A stretch of DNA of 64,000 bases from the NCBI GenBank assembly GCA_040376425.1, contig JBEIQS010000004.1, forward strand, positions 53,617 to 117,616, written 5' to 3'. Positions 54,447-63,618 of the stretch are shown here, one piece after another (positions within the stretch are counted from its first letter, which is position 1; every line of letters starts with the position of its first letter). The DNA is from Alphaproteobacteria bacterium. Lineage in GTDB: Bacteria > Myxococcota_A > UBA796 > SXON01. The notes beneath the pieces are model-generated. The model made no database searches. It was not told where the DNA came from and saw only the letters and a program-made list of their open reading frames with translations. The translations under genes were made by a program, and so were the position numbers.

Positions 54447-55145
54447 TCAGTTCTGGGGCTCCTCGGCGACCGCATCGGTGGCTCTCCAGAAGGAGGCGAA
54501 GCCGAAGCACAGCTCCCCGGCAAGGTACCGGGTGCGCAGCGAGTCGCCCTTCTGCTTCCGCCGTAGGATGCTGTTCAGGATCTTTCCGTTCTCATCCTGG
54601 TTGATGTCGGGCTGCCCCAGGTTCATGTACAGCCGGGTGACCCCGGCTGAGCTGGACAGGTGGATCACGGTGATGGTGCCGTCGGCGTCCACACTTTCCA
54701 CGATCCCTACATGAGAGAGGGGATCATCGAGCAGTCCATTATCGTTTCGATCCCAGGTATTATCAAAAAAAGCGACATCGCCTGGCCATGGCTTTTTCTT
54801 CCGGTGGGTCACGCCCAGGTTCCGGGCCTGCGCCAGCAGGTCGGCCCCGGAGCCCTTCACCGTGACCCCCACTGCCGCCATCGCCGCCTCTACCAGCCCG
54901 GAGCAGTCCCAGCGGTAGCGCTCTGCATCCACGATCAGGCAGTCCGCCCCCACAAATTTGGCGGCCGCCATGGCCACCACCTGTCCATCCGCCTCCCAGG
55001 GAACCACGGCGGTCTCCCGACTGCGCCGCCGCACGGCCCGCTCGTCCGGCTGCACAATCGGCGCAGGCTCCTGGCCCAGACTGCCCAGCGGACCTGGAAA
55101 ACGGTAGACCGGGGCACAGGCAAGCAGCAGCGTGGCCAGCATCAC
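54447..55145 (-). CDS. NlpC/P60 (C40) family peptidase lipoprotein
   Basis: ORF 232 aa with lipobox LLLACA. WDCSGLVEAA (catalytic Cys), PGDVAFF and SHVGIVES (His). Start is GTG 55145 or ATG 55142. Confidence 0.7.
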   Translation of the reverse strand: MMLATLLLACAPVYRFPGPLGSLGQEPAPIVQPDERAVRRRSRETAVVPWEADGQVVAMAAAKFVGADCLIVDAERYRWDCSGLVEAAMAAVGVTVKGSGADLLAQARNLGVTHRKKKPWPGDVAFFDNTWDRNDNGLLDDPLSHVGIVESVDADGTITVIHLSSSAGVTRLYMNLGQPDINQDENGKILNSILRRKQKGDSLRTRYLAGELCFGFASFWRATDAVAEEPQN

Positions 55146-55167
55146 GGACTCCTCTGAGAGAGCCTAA

Positions 55168-55188
55168 TGCTCTTGACGGGGCAAGGCC
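55168..55188. repeat. palindromic motif copy TGCTCTTGACGGGGCAAGGCC
   Basis: 20/21 identical to the copy at 17784-17804. It lies 23 nt upstream of the NlpC/P60 start and 5 nt after the stop of the upstream lipoprotein gene. Confidence 0.55.
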
Positions 55189-55192
55189 AGTT

Positions 55193-55498
55193 CTACAACC
55201 CGTCCACCCCACCCACCAGCGTACTGCACGGAATATTGTTGAAAGTTCCCGTCTCTGCCTGGCAGGAAGACTCGCTCTTGTCGGCGATCTTCTCGTTGCA
55301 GCTTCCGACCACTTCTTCCCGGACCATCCCGGTGTACTTGTCGTCCACCGCGCCCAGGAATTGGTCCAAATCCTGGCCGGCCTCGGCCGCACATTCTTCG
55401 GCCTTGTCCACGAGCTGGTCGCAGTAGTCGTCGCAGCCGAAGATGCCCGCCTTTTCGGGGTCCAGCAGGTCGCAGGCAGCAAGAAGGAGCAGGAGCAT
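55193..55498 (-). CDS. small Cys-rich acidic lipoprotein
   Basis: ORF 101 aa, lipobox LLLAAC, 8 Cys, no known domain. Confidence 0.4.
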   Translation of the reverse strand: MLLLLLAACDLLDPEKAGIFGCDDYCDQLVDKAEECAAEAGQDLDQFLGAVDDKYTGMVREEVVGSCNEKIADKSESSCQAETGTFNNIPCSTLVGGVDGL

Positions 55499-55698
55499 TC
55501 AGACCTCAGGGGTGAGTACGGAAGCTAACGCGGTTCCGGCCTCCGTCATTCCGCGTGCGCCTGCAAATGCGCAGAGACGGGGCTTTTCGCGGTGCGCCGG
55601 TCTTCCCGATTCATAGATTTTTTCGATGAATTGTGATTGAAACAACGAATAGACGATGTATTCGGGGGGACTTAGTTTTGGTCATCACGGAGGCAATC

Positions 55699-56556
55699 AT
55701 GGCCAACCAAATCAAAACAATCCTACTTTTAGGTCTACTTTCCAGTCTTCTTGTCGGCATGGGCGCCTGGATGGGCACGGGGATGATGTACCTCGCCATC
55801 GGAATGGCCCTGGTGATGAATGTCGGGGCCTACTACTTTTCTGACCGGATGGTGCTGGCGATGCACGGCGCCAAGGAGCTGAGCCCGGAGGAGGCGCCGG
55901 CACTGCATGCGATGGTGGGCGAGCTGGCGATGCGCGCCGGTATCCCCAAACCCCGCGTCTTCCGCATCGCCGATCCCTCTCCAAACGCTTTTGCGACCGG
56001 GCGAAATCCTGCGCATGGCGTGGTGGCGGTGACCGACGGGATTATGGAGATCCTGAGCCCCCGCGAGCTGCGTGGGGTGATCGCGCACGAGCTGGCGCAC
56101 ATCAAAAACCGCGACATCCTGGTGGCGACGGTGGCTTCGGTGGTGGCGGCGGCCATCAGCTCGGTGGCCAGCATGCTGCAATGGGGCATGCTGCTGGGGA
56201 GCAACAATGAGGAGGAAGAAGGCGGTGGTTGGGGAGGATTATTGATGGCCTTTCTGGCGCCGATCATCGCCATGCTCTTGCAGTTTGCCGTCTCCCGCTC
56301 CCGGGAGTATCTGGCGGACCAGACCGGGGCGCAGATCAGTGGCGACCCGGAGGCACTGGCCAGTGCGCTTGCGCGACTGGAGCGCGGTGCGGCCTATGAG
56401 CCGATGGCCCAGCCCTCTCCGGCCACCGCCTCGCTCTTTATTGTCAATCCCTTTGCGGGGGCGGAAGGGGTGACCCGCCTCTTCTCCACCCACCCGGCCA
56501 CGGCGGAGCGTATCCGCCGGTTGCTGGCACTGCGTGCCGGGGGGATGATGGGCTAA
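55699..56556 (+). CDS. htpX: zinc metalloprotease HtpX (M48 family)
   Basis: Inner part of ORF 55633..56556, starting at MANQIKTILLLG. NAFATGRNP, HELAHIKNRD (HExxH), REYLAD and LFSTHPATAERI. Confidence 0.9.
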   Translation: MANQIKTILLLGLLSSLLVGMGAWMGTGMMYLAIGMALVMNVGAYYFSDRMVLAMHGAKELSPEEAPALHAMVGELAMRAGIPKPRVFRIADPSPNAFATGRNPAHGVVAVTDGIMEILSPRELRGVIAHELAHIKNRDILVATVASVVAAAISSVASMLQWGMLLGSNNEEEEGGGWGGLLMAFLAPIIAMLLQFAVSRSREYLADQTGAQISGDPEALASALARLERGAAYEPMAQPSPATASLFIVNPFAGAEGVTRLFSTHPATAERIRRLLALRAGGMMG

Positions 56557-58097
56557 GGAGCGGCTTTGCAGCGGCGATCGGCGAGGTCCAGCTCGTGGGC
56601 CCCGCCGCCTCCGTGCTCCAGGCTGTCGGCCAACAGGCACCAGGCCTTGGGCGGCGCATCCGGGCGGGAGAGGAGGTACAGGCTGACCTGCTCCTGTGCC
56701 AGCGGGAAGTTCCCGACGATAAAGGCAGCCTGAGCAAGCTCAAAGCGCTCATCCACCGGGTTGAACCACTGTACCGAACGCGGCATCCGGTCGATGGCCA
56801 CCTTCCAGGTCGCCAGCAGCTCGGGCCGCCGCTCCGGCTCCCCATGCTCCCACCGGTAGCGCACCCACTGGCGCACCGCCACCGGATTCCCCGCCTCCAT
56901 CAACAGCTCTCCCTGCCAGAGGGACTCTTCGTCGCGCCATTCGTCGGCCCGGCTCGCCGCCCGAGGGCCCCAGGCGAGGCCCAGCAGGATGCCGGCGCCG
57001 CCCAAGAGCACCTTTCGCAGCGGCAAAGCACCCAAGGGCACCAGTACCATCGCCAGCGGCAGGTAGAGGTAGCGCAGCGGTGCAATGCCGATCAGCGCCA
57101 CGCCAAAGCCGGCCGGAAGCAGCATCCACGCGCCCACCAGCCCACCCAGCCCCAGGGGCCGCAGCCCCCGCACCCCGAGGCACAAACCCCCAAGAACCAG
57201 CAGCAGAATCCCCGGCTGCACACTGGCCTCCGGGTCAAAAAGGTGGCTCATGGAGGCACGCAGCGGGGCCCAACCCGCACCCAACAATTGCAGCCAGGCC
57301 GTCCAGCCTTCCATCGGGTATTGGCCGCTCTGGCCGGTCACCAGCCGGTGCAGGATCCACCACAACAAGCCGGCGCCCAGCGACTCGATCCAGATTCGCC
57401 GCCGGGCTTCGGTGACCAGCCCGGCCAGCAGTGGCACGCCTACCACGGCGGGAAGTGCGCTCTCCTTACAGAGGAGGGCCACAAAAATCCAAGGGAAAAC
57501 CATTTCTGTACGGAGGCCGGCCCGAAGGGCCATCAGCACCCCCAGTGTGGCCCCCAGCTCGAAGGTGGAGGAGACCCAGCCCACCACATCGGGCGTGGCG
57601 GGATGGAGCGTCCAGCCCAGTGCCAGAATTGCGGCGGCCGGACCGGCAGAATAGCCCAGCCGCAAGGCCCAGAGCCGGATCACCCGCTGTAGAATCAGCA
57701 GGTTGGTCAGGTGAAGGGCCAGGCTCATCAGGTGGAACGGTGTGGGACTCAGGCCAAAGGCCCAGCCCAGCCCGCGCCACAGCGTCGCCACCAGGGGTCT
57801 CCACACAAAGGAGCTGTGGTCCCCCGCCGCGAGGTAGGTCGGCTGTGTCCACTCGCCCAGCCAAGAACCATCGGTAGCATGGGGGTGTTGAGCGATCAAT
57901 ACCCAGTCATCCAGCGCCCAGCCCGAGGCCAATGCTGGGGGTAGATACAAAAGCAGGCCCACCGCCAGGGGCAAAAGGCCCCACCAGCCCTCCGCAGGGG
58001 AGGGGCTCCGCAGCGGGTTCCGGGCCGGTGAGGCCAGCTTCAGCCACCACGGCGGCGGTGTTTCCAATTGGAAATACCGGGGGTCGGGTACACTCAC
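56553..58097 (-). CDS. polytopic membrane protein, GT-C/TMTC-like (O-mannosyltransferase-like) with helical-repeat C-terminal domain
   Basis: ORF 514 aa with about 10 TM helices and WRPLVATLW, HLMSLALHLTNLLIL motifs like ArnT/PMT/TMTC-type proteins. GTGA overlap with the pncB stop. Family call is tentative. Confidence 0.45.
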   Translation of the reverse strand: MSVPDPRYFQLETPPPWWLKLASPARNPLRSPSPAEGWWGLLPLAVGLLLYLPPALASGWALDDWVLIAQHPHATDGSWLGEWTQPTYLAAGDHSSFVWRPLVATLWRGLGWAFGLSPTPFHLMSLALHLTNLLILQRVIRLWALRLGYSAGPAAAILALGWTLHPATPDVVGWVSSTFELGATLGVLMALRAGLRTEMVFPWIFVALLCKESALPAVVGVPLLAGLVTEARRRIWIESLGAGLLWWILHRLVTGQSGQYPMEGWTAWLQLLGAGWAPLRASMSHLFDPEASVQPGILLLVLGGLCLGVRGLRPLGLGGLVGAWMLLPAGFGVALIGIAPLRYLYLPLAMVLVPLGALPLRKVLLGGAGILLGLAWGPRAASRADEWRDEESLWQGELLMEAGNPVAVRQWVRYRWEHGEPERRPELLATWKVAIDRMPRSVQWFNPVDERFELAQAAFIVGNFPLAQEQVSLYLLSRPDAPPKAWCLLADSLEHGGGGAHELDLADRRCKAAP

Positions 58098-59416
58098 GTT
58101 CCGACCAGTCCTGCGAGGCGGTCGGTAACCCCCACTCGCCAGGGTTCCGGGTGTTCCAGGCTACGATATTCGGAGGGCAAAAGCTGGAGAGAGCGCTGAC
58201 GATGGGCGCGACTCTCGGCCAGCGGCACCGCATTTCCGAGGCGCTGCCCTTCGCGCATCACCGGCTGAAGCAGTGGCAGGCCGCCACGCCGCTCCAGCTC
58301 CCAGGCCTCCTCCTCCAACCCCAGCATATCGCGGTCCGCAAAGCGATAGATCTGCTTGACCCCTGGATAGGGCGCCGATCCCTCGCGGGTCACGGGGACC
58401 GGCTCGGCGCCCCGCGCCATTTCTGCGATGCGGAAGGCCATGCGGCCCCGATCCTGCGCCTCAGAGAGCGCCTTTCCAACGGCAAACCAGTCGATCGGTA
58501 CGCCGGCGGCCACCAATTTGGCGATGGCCACCTCCTCCAGATCGCCGGAGCCCATGATCTTCACCTCGGTCAGCCCCACCCGATCCAAGGCGGAGCGGGC
58601 TTCGGCCGCACCTTTGGCCAGATCGCGGTGGTCCACCCGCACCGATTGAATCTGAGCGCGAAAGGGCAAAAAGCGCCGAATACTCTCCTCGATCTCGTCC
58701 TGCGGCAGCGTGAGGTGGCAGAGCTTGGGGAAGTGGTGGAGGAAGGCTTTGACGGCAAGCTGGTCCTCGCCGTAGGCCGCCAGAAAAGTGTCGGGCATGC
58801 TGCCCATCACGGGAATTCCGAGCTGCGCCGCGGCATAGGCGTTGGAGGTGGCGGTCATACCCCCTACATAGGCGGCGCGTGCGGCCAGGGTGCCCGCCCA
58901 CGGATCCGGCCACCGGCGACTGCCGAAGTCGATCACCGGCTTCCCTCCGGCGGCCTCGGTCAGCCGGCTGGCGCGGGTGGCCACCAGGCTCGCCGAGGAA
59001 ATGAGCTGGATCACCGTGGTTTCCAGCAGCGTGCAGATGGTGAGCGGGGCGGTGATGCGCAGCAGCGGCTCGCCAGGAAACACGATGCTGCCCTCGGGCA
59101 CCGCCCAGACCTCTCCCTGAAAGCGCAGCCGCTTCAGGTGATCGAAAAAGGAACCTTTGATGTGAGAAAACAGGGGGTTTTTGCGGAGCAGCTCCGCCTC
59201 CTCCTCTCCCACCTTGAAGCTCTGGAGTGCATGCAGCAGCGGGTCCAGGCCCGCCGCCACCATGTAGCCCCAACCGGCAGGAAGTCGGCGTGCATACAGG
59301 TCAAAAGTCGCCTCTCCCCACACACCATCGGCGTGGTACACCGCCGCCAGCACGTACTGGTAGAATTCCCCCGACAGCGGGGGAAGCAGGCCGCCACTCA
59401 GTCGATCCATGGACAC
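58094..59416 (-). CDS. pncB: nicotinate phosphoribosyltransferase
   Basis: ORF 440 aa. EFYQYVLAAVY, LRFQGEVWAVPEGSIVFPGEPLLRI, VIDFGSRR, GTSN-like (MTATSNAYAA) and VRVDHRDL/IMGSGDL are NAPRTase family motifs. Confidence 0.85.
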   Translation of the reverse strand: MSMDRLSGGLLPPLSGEFYQYVLAAVYHADGVWGEATFDLYARRLPAGWGYMVAAGLDPLLHALQSFKVGEEEAELLRKNPLFSHIKGSFFDHLKRLRFQGEVWAVPEGSIVFPGEPLLRITAPLTICTLLETTVIQLISSASLVATRASRLTEAAGGKPVIDFGSRRWPDPWAGTLAARAAYVGGMTATSNAYAAAQLGIPVMGSMPDTFLAAYGEDQLAVKAFLHHFPKLCHLTLPQDEIEESIRRFLPFRAQIQSVRVDHRDLAKGAAEARSALDRVGLTEVKIMGSGDLEEVAIAKLVAAGVPIDWFAVGKALSEAQDRGRMAFRIAEMARGAEPVPVTREGSAPYPGVKQIYRFADRDMLGLEEEAWELERRGGLPLLQPVMREGQRLGNAVPLAESRAHRQRSLQLLPSEYRSLEHPEPWRVGVTDRLAGLVGT

Positions 59417-59469
59417 TCCGCGAACAGGATAGCAGAAAGGGGGCGACCGCTGAGTCGCGAGGGAGGGCG

Positions 59470-60126
59470 ATGGATCCGGTGCCGCTACTGCTCACCCGGG
59501 CCGCAGAGGAGCTGCCCGAAATGACGGCGATGTTGGCGCCTTTTCGGCGGGTTTTTCCGGCTCCTTGTCTGCAATTTGAAGAGCTGCCACTGCCGGATCT
59601 GTCGGCGCTTCGCGAAGAGAAGGTAGAGCTTCTGCTCAGCTCTCCTCGGGTAGTTTCGGCGGTGATCGCTCTGAATCCACCAGCACACTGGCGGATTCTT
59701 GCGCTGGCCCCGCGCACAACGGCTGCTTTGCAGGCTGCGGGAATTCGGGTGGATAAGGCGGTGGAGGGAGGGGGAAGCGCTCTGGCATCGGTGGCTGGAA
59801 ATGGAAGGTTGCTCCTATTGACTTCCGATTTGGGCGGCGCGGAGGTCCGGGCGCAACGTCCCGATGCGCAGATTGTGGCGGTCTATCGGACCGGCTGCCC
59901 GGAGCGCCTGCCCGATTCGGCAATCCAGGCGATGGAAGCAGATTTTGATGTTCACTTCGCCAGCCCCTCCGCGGTGGAAAATTTTGTCCGTCTTGCCCCG
60001 GGAAGGCTGGAGCGCGCGCGCCGCTGCTACGCCCACGGCGGCAGCACGGTTGCGGCGCTTCGTTCGTGCGGGCGTGCGGTGCTCCCGGGAGCGCTGGGTC
60101 GCCCGCAGGACTTCACAAGCGGTTAA
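59470..60126 (+). CDS. hemD: uroporphyrinogen-III synthase
   Basis: Inner part of ORF 59227..60126, starting at MDPVPLLLTRA. LLLSSPRVVSAV and HFASPSAVENF are typical HemD motifs. It lies immediately upstream of hemB. Confidence 0.7.
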   Translation: MDPVPLLLTRAAEELPEMTAMLAPFRRVFPAPCLQFEELPLPDLSALREEKVELLLSSPRVVSAVIALNPPAHWRILALAPRTTAALQAAGIRVDKAVEGGGSALASVAGNGRLLLLTSDLGGAEVRAQRPDAQIVAVYRTGCPERLPDSAIQAMEADFDVHFASPSAVENFVRLAPGRLERARRCYAHGGSTVAALRSCGRAVLPGALGRPQDFTSG

Positions 60127-60135
60127 GAGCCGAAA

Positions 60136-61089
60136 ATGCAACGTCTCCGCCGTCTTCGTCGTACCGACTCCATTCTGCGTCTTTTTGCCGAAACCGACGT
60201 GCCCGCCCGCTGCCTGATTCCTGTGGTCTTTGTGGTGGAAGGGCAGGGAATACGCCGGGAAGTTCCCGAAGGTGGCGGCATGTGGCAGCTTTCGGTGGAT
60301 CAGCTTCCGGCGGAGGCGGAGCGCGCACAAAAGGGTGGCGCAGAGGCCATGATGCTCTTTGGCGTGCCGCCGCAGAAGGGTCTGCAGCACGCCACCGACC
60401 CCAACAGCCTGGTGGCGCGCGGACTTCAGAGCTTGCGCGGCCGCGGACTGACCCTGATGGCCGATGTCTGCCTTTGCTCCTACACCGACGATGGCCACTG
60501 CGGGATCTGGCATGAAGGCCATGTGGACAACGACCTTAGCCTGCCCTATCTCGCCAAAATGGCGGTACAACTGGCAGATGCGGGCGCGGATGTGGTCTGC
60601 CCCTCGGACATGATGGACGGGCGGGTGGCCGCCATCCGGCAGGCCCTGGATGATGGGGGCCACAGCTACACCCTGCTGATGTCCTATGCCGCCAAGATGG
60701 CCTCCGCCTTCTACGGTCCTTTTCGGGCCGCGGCGGAGAGCGCGCCCACCCATGGGGATCGTCGGGGCTACCAGATGAACCCGGCCAATCGCCGTGAAGC
60801 CCACCGCGAGATCGCGGCCGATGTGCATGAGGGCGCCGATCTGCTGATGATCAAGCCCGCGCTGACCAACCTGGACCTGATCCGGGAAACCCGGGAGCGC
60901 TACGATCTTCCGATCGTCGCCTATCAGGTGAGTGGGGAGTACGCGATGTTGAAGGAAGCAGGCCGAGCCGGGCGCATTGACTTCCCTCGCGCTTCCCGCG
61001 AGACCTTGCTGTCCATTCGCCGAGCGGGGGCGGACCTGATTGTCAGCTATCTTACAAATGAGGTCTGGGCGGGCACCGTTCGCTTATAG
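60136..61089 (+). CDS. hemB: porphobilinogen synthase (delta-aminolevulinic acid dehydratase)
   Basis: RRLRRTDSIL, Zn site DVCLCSYTDDGHCG, PSDMMDGRV, YAAKMASAFYGPFR, MIKPA (Schiff-base Lys) and AYQVSGEYAM. Confidence 0.9.
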   Translation: MQRLRRLRRTDSILRLFAETDVPARCLIPVVFVVEGQGIRREVPEGGGMWQLSVDQLPAEAERAQKGGAEAMMLFGVPPQKGLQHATDPNSLVARGLQSLRGRGLTLMADVCLCSYTDDGHCGIWHEGHVDNDLSLPYLAKMAVQLADAGADVVCPSDMMDGRVAAIRQALDDGGHSYTLLMSYAAKMASAFYGPFRAAAESAPTHGDRRGYQMNPANRREAHREIAADVHEGADLLMIKPALTNLDLIRETRERYDLPIVAYQVSGEYAMLKEAGRAGRIDFPRASRETLLSIRRAGADLIVSYLTNEVWAGTVRL

Positions 61090-61101
61090 AGCGGATAGCA
61101 T

Positions 61102-61683
61102 GTGTGCATGCTGCTTTTTCTTCTGAGCACGGTGCTGGCGGCGGCCCCCGAGGCGCGGGTATGGCTGGGGGGGGATCTGAGCCTGCCCGTGGGTTTTGGC
61201 AGTCCTTCCAGCTTTGGCGGGGGCTTTGGCGGGCTTGCGGGCGTTTCGCTCGGCGCCGTACCCGGCCGGAGCTTGGGCTTGGAGGCGCGGGCGGCCGAGG
61301 TGATCGCCAGCAGTCCCTTTCGCGAAATGGGGGCGATCGAGGTGATGTTGCGCTACCCCGCCGGCAGCGGCCCCTATGGCGCGGTGGGTTTTGCACACCA
61401 CCACGAGGCCTCGATCGACGCCTTCCTGGCCGAGCCGCTGGGGGTGGTGGCGGGGACCTCCAAGCGGATCACCCACCGTAGCGGGATTGCGCTGGGCGGT
61501 GGTTGGGATTTCGCTGCACCTTTTCCGAAGGTCAGCTTTGTGCAGCGGCTGCGGCCCTTTGTGGATCTGACGGCCGCCTGGCTGCCGGACAAGGTGCGGC
61601 CCAATGTTTATGTGTTTCTGAATGTAGGAATCAAAATTGGCGTGGGCAAGCTGATCTGGGCAGAAGGGGAGGCCTTGGAGTAG
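61102..61683 (+). CDS. hypothetical outer-membrane beta-barrel-like protein
   Basis: ORF 193 aa with signal peptide MCMLLFLLSTVLAAAPEA and Gly-rich alternating strands. Confidence 0.4.
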   Translation: MCMLLFLLSTVLAAAPEARVWLGGDLSLPVGFGSPSSFGGGFGGLAGVSLGAVPGRSLGLEARAAEVIASSPFREMGAIEVMLRYPAGSGPYGAVGFAHHHEASIDAFLAEPLGVVAGTSKRITHRSGIALGGGWDFAAPFPKVSFVQRLRPFVDLTAAWLPDKVRPNVYVFLNVGIKIGVGKLIWAEGEALE

Positions 61684-61688
61684 GCCGC

Positions 61689-62399
61689 TCAGCCCACTTC
61701 AACGGCGACGCTCTCGTCGCTCAATTCCCAGCCTGCACCTTCAGAAGCGCGATGCAGGACCTCCACCATTCGGTCCCCCGCTTTCTCCACCCGCCGCAGG
61801 CTGCCCCAGGTGGCCAGACCCGCTCCCAGGCCGGGAATCAGCCGTGTGGCGCGGCGGATCGCCATGGCCAGCGACCGCTGGGATACCTTTCGCAGCAACC
61901 AGGCCCCCCCGTTTCGGGTGGCGGGCACCTGGCTCCTGAGCAACGTGGGTAGATCGCGCACTTTCAGGCCCACCTGAGCCTGGGGGGGCAGCTCCAGCTC
62001 GTAGGCCGCCGCCAGGGCACGGAACATCACCAGCTTCCCGGCGTCGGTCTCAGGGTCAAAGCCAAAGAGGACGGAGAGGCGCTGTGCCAGCCGTAGCATC
62101 TGGATCATGTTGGCCAGGACTTCCGGGGGCACCGCCACCGCCCCCGCGAGGCCGGCAGCGGCGGCCAGCGCGGTGGCCTGGTTGCGGGTATCCCGGATCA
62201 GCCGGGTGGCGGCCAGAATCAGCTCCGATTGGGGTGGATTCCGCCCGGTGGCGGGATCGAGATAGGCAATCCCATCCTCCTCAAACTCTGAGCGGATCTG
62301 CGATGGCGATATGGAGGCCGCGCTGTACAGCAGCGGAACCAGATCGGCATCGAGTCGGTCGGTAAGCAGCTCAGCGAGCGTGGCCCAGGGAGAAGGCAT
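61689..62399 (-). CDS. EcsC-family protein
   Basis: Inner part of ORF 61689..62513(-), starting at MPSPWATL. Helical, with AGLAGAVAVPPEVLANMIQMLRLAQRLSVLFGFDP resembling EcsC. Confidence 0.55.
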   Translation of the reverse strand: MPSPWATLAELLTDRLDADLVPLLYSAASISPSQIRSEFEEDGIAYLDPATGRNPPQSELILAATRLIRDTRNQATALAAAAGLAGAVAVPPEVLANMIQMLRLAQRLSVLFGFDPETDAGKLVMFRALAAAYELELPPQAQVGLKVRDLPTLLRSQVPATRNGGAWLLRKVSQRSLAMAIRRATRLIPGLGAGLATWGSLRRVEKAGDRMVEVLHRASEGAGWELSDESVAVEVG

Positions 62400-62539
62400 G
62401 CTGCTTTCTAACCGGCTTCGGGGTTGGGGGCTTGCGGAGGCCCGCCTCCGTCTCGGCAGCAGGTGTAGCTGCGCTGAGTGTGGGGCCAGCCGCCACGCCC
62501 TTGGCGGGAGCATCTGCCGCAGTGCTGCGGAGCATCGCG

Positions 62540-62570
62540 AAAAACACCAAAAGCGGGGAAGTCCCCCGCT
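62540..62570 (-). terminator. Rho-independent terminator (minus strand)
   Basis: The minus strand reads AGCGGGG-GACTT-CCCCGCT followed by TTTGGTGTTTTT. It lies 56 nt downstream of the small ORF stop. Confidence 0.65.
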
Positions 62571-62625
62571 ATACTTTCGACTGCTGTGGCAACCTTCTAC
62601 GCCAGGCGGCGCAGATGGCTGGGAT

Positions 62626-62793
62626 TCAGCTCGACTTCTTCGCCATCGCGGGAGCGGCGGCGTCGGCTTCCGGGGTGTGAACCGGGAAGATGGGGGTGCT
62701 GCCGTTGTTCGCGCGGGCGCGCTTGGCCTTGGCGCCGGCGTTCTTGTTGCGGATGTGGCGGCGGAAGGTGGTCTGGGCGGTCTTGGATGCCAT
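62626..62793 (-). CDS. small basic protein (55 aa), unknown function
   Basis: Below the ORF-track size cutoff, so translated manually: MASKTAQTTFRRHIRNKNAGAKAKRARANNGSTPIFPVHTPEADAAAPAMAKKSS. SD GGAG lies 6 nt upstream of the ATG, and a canonical terminator lies downstream. Confidence 0.45.
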   Translation of the reverse strand: MASKTAQTTFRRHIRNKNAGAKAKRARANNGSTPIFPVHTPEADAAAPAMAKKSS

Positions 62794-62838
62794 CGGTAAC
62801 TCCAGGGTCCACGCGTCTAACCGTACCAGGGGGCCGCG

Positions 62839-63618
62839 TCAATCCCAGCGGAAGAAGCGCAGGGTGTTCTCGGCGGTGATCTGGCACAGCTCCTCTGCGG
62901 GTATGCCACGCAAGGCGGCCACCGCAGCGCCAACCAGTGGCACAAAGGCAGGTTCATTGCGCTTTCCCCGGTGGGGCACCGGCGCCAGGAAGGGGCTGTC
63001 GGTCTCGATCAGGAGCTGCCCCAGCGGCACCTCTCGGGCCACCTCGCGCACCGACTCGGCGTTCTTGAAGGTGACAATTCCGGGGATAGAGATGGTTCCA
63101 CCTCGTTCCACGATCTTCTGCATGGTGGCACGGTCGCCGGTGTAGCAGTGAAACAGGACGCCGCCCTCCCAGGCCCGCTCGGCATCCAGCATGTCCAGCG
63201 TTTCTCCACCGCTCTCCCGGTCGTGGATGATGACGGGCAGCCCAAGCTTTTTCGCAGCACGAAGCTGCGTGCGGAAGGCCAGCACCTGCTGTTCCCGGGC
63301 CGAGAAGCTGTAGTGGTAGTCCAGCCCCATCTCGCCAAGGGCCTTCACCTTGGGGTCGGCGGCCAGCTCCAGCAAGCGTTCCCAGGCTTCTTCGGTGAAT
63401 TCTTTGGCATCGTGCGGGTGAAGGCCGATGCCTGCAATCACATTGTCGTGCCGACGCGCCACGGCCACCGCCCGTGCAGCCGAGTCAAAACCGTAGCCGG
63501 AGCCGATGGCCACCAGCCGATCCACACCCGCCTGGCGGGCGCGTGCGACCACCGCGTCCACCCCTTCGTCGTCTCCCCAGACCTTGGTGTCCAGGTGACA
63601 GTGAGAGTCGATAATCAA
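62839..63618 (-). CDS. tatD: TatD-family metal-dependent hydrolase/DNase
   Basis: ORF 259 aa. IIDSHCHLD, GIGLHPH, GEMGLDY, VIIHDRE, FHCYTG and ETDSPFLAP. Confidence 0.9.
   Translation of the reverse strand: MIIDSHCHLDTKVWGDDEGVDAVVARARQAGVDRLVAIGSGYGFDSAARAVAVARRHDNVIAGIGLHPHDAKEFTEEAWERLLELAADPKVKALGEMGLDYHYSFSAREQQVLAFRTQLRAAKKLGLPVIIHDRESGGETLDMLDAERAWEGGVLFHCYTGDRATMQKIVERGGTISIPGIVTFKNAESVREVAREVPLGQLLIETDSPFLAPVPHRGKRNEPAFVPLVGAAVAALRGIPAEELCQITAENTLRFFRWD

Noticed and set aside
55630-55665. Sigma32-type promoter (CTTGAAA-N13-17-CCCCATNT) for htpX
   Set aside because: Only ATTGAAA is present. No CCCCAT-like -10 element occurs at the right spacing.
57932-59524. 530-aa plus-strand ORF
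   Set aside because: It is antisense to pncB, which is a clear NAPRTase, and to the upstream membrane gene.
62597-62887. 96-aa minus-strand ORF from the track
   Set aside because: It is R/P/H-rich, lacks an SD, and overlaps the tatD 3' end. A different frame in the same region gives the SD- and terminator-flanked 55-aa ORF, which is preferred.
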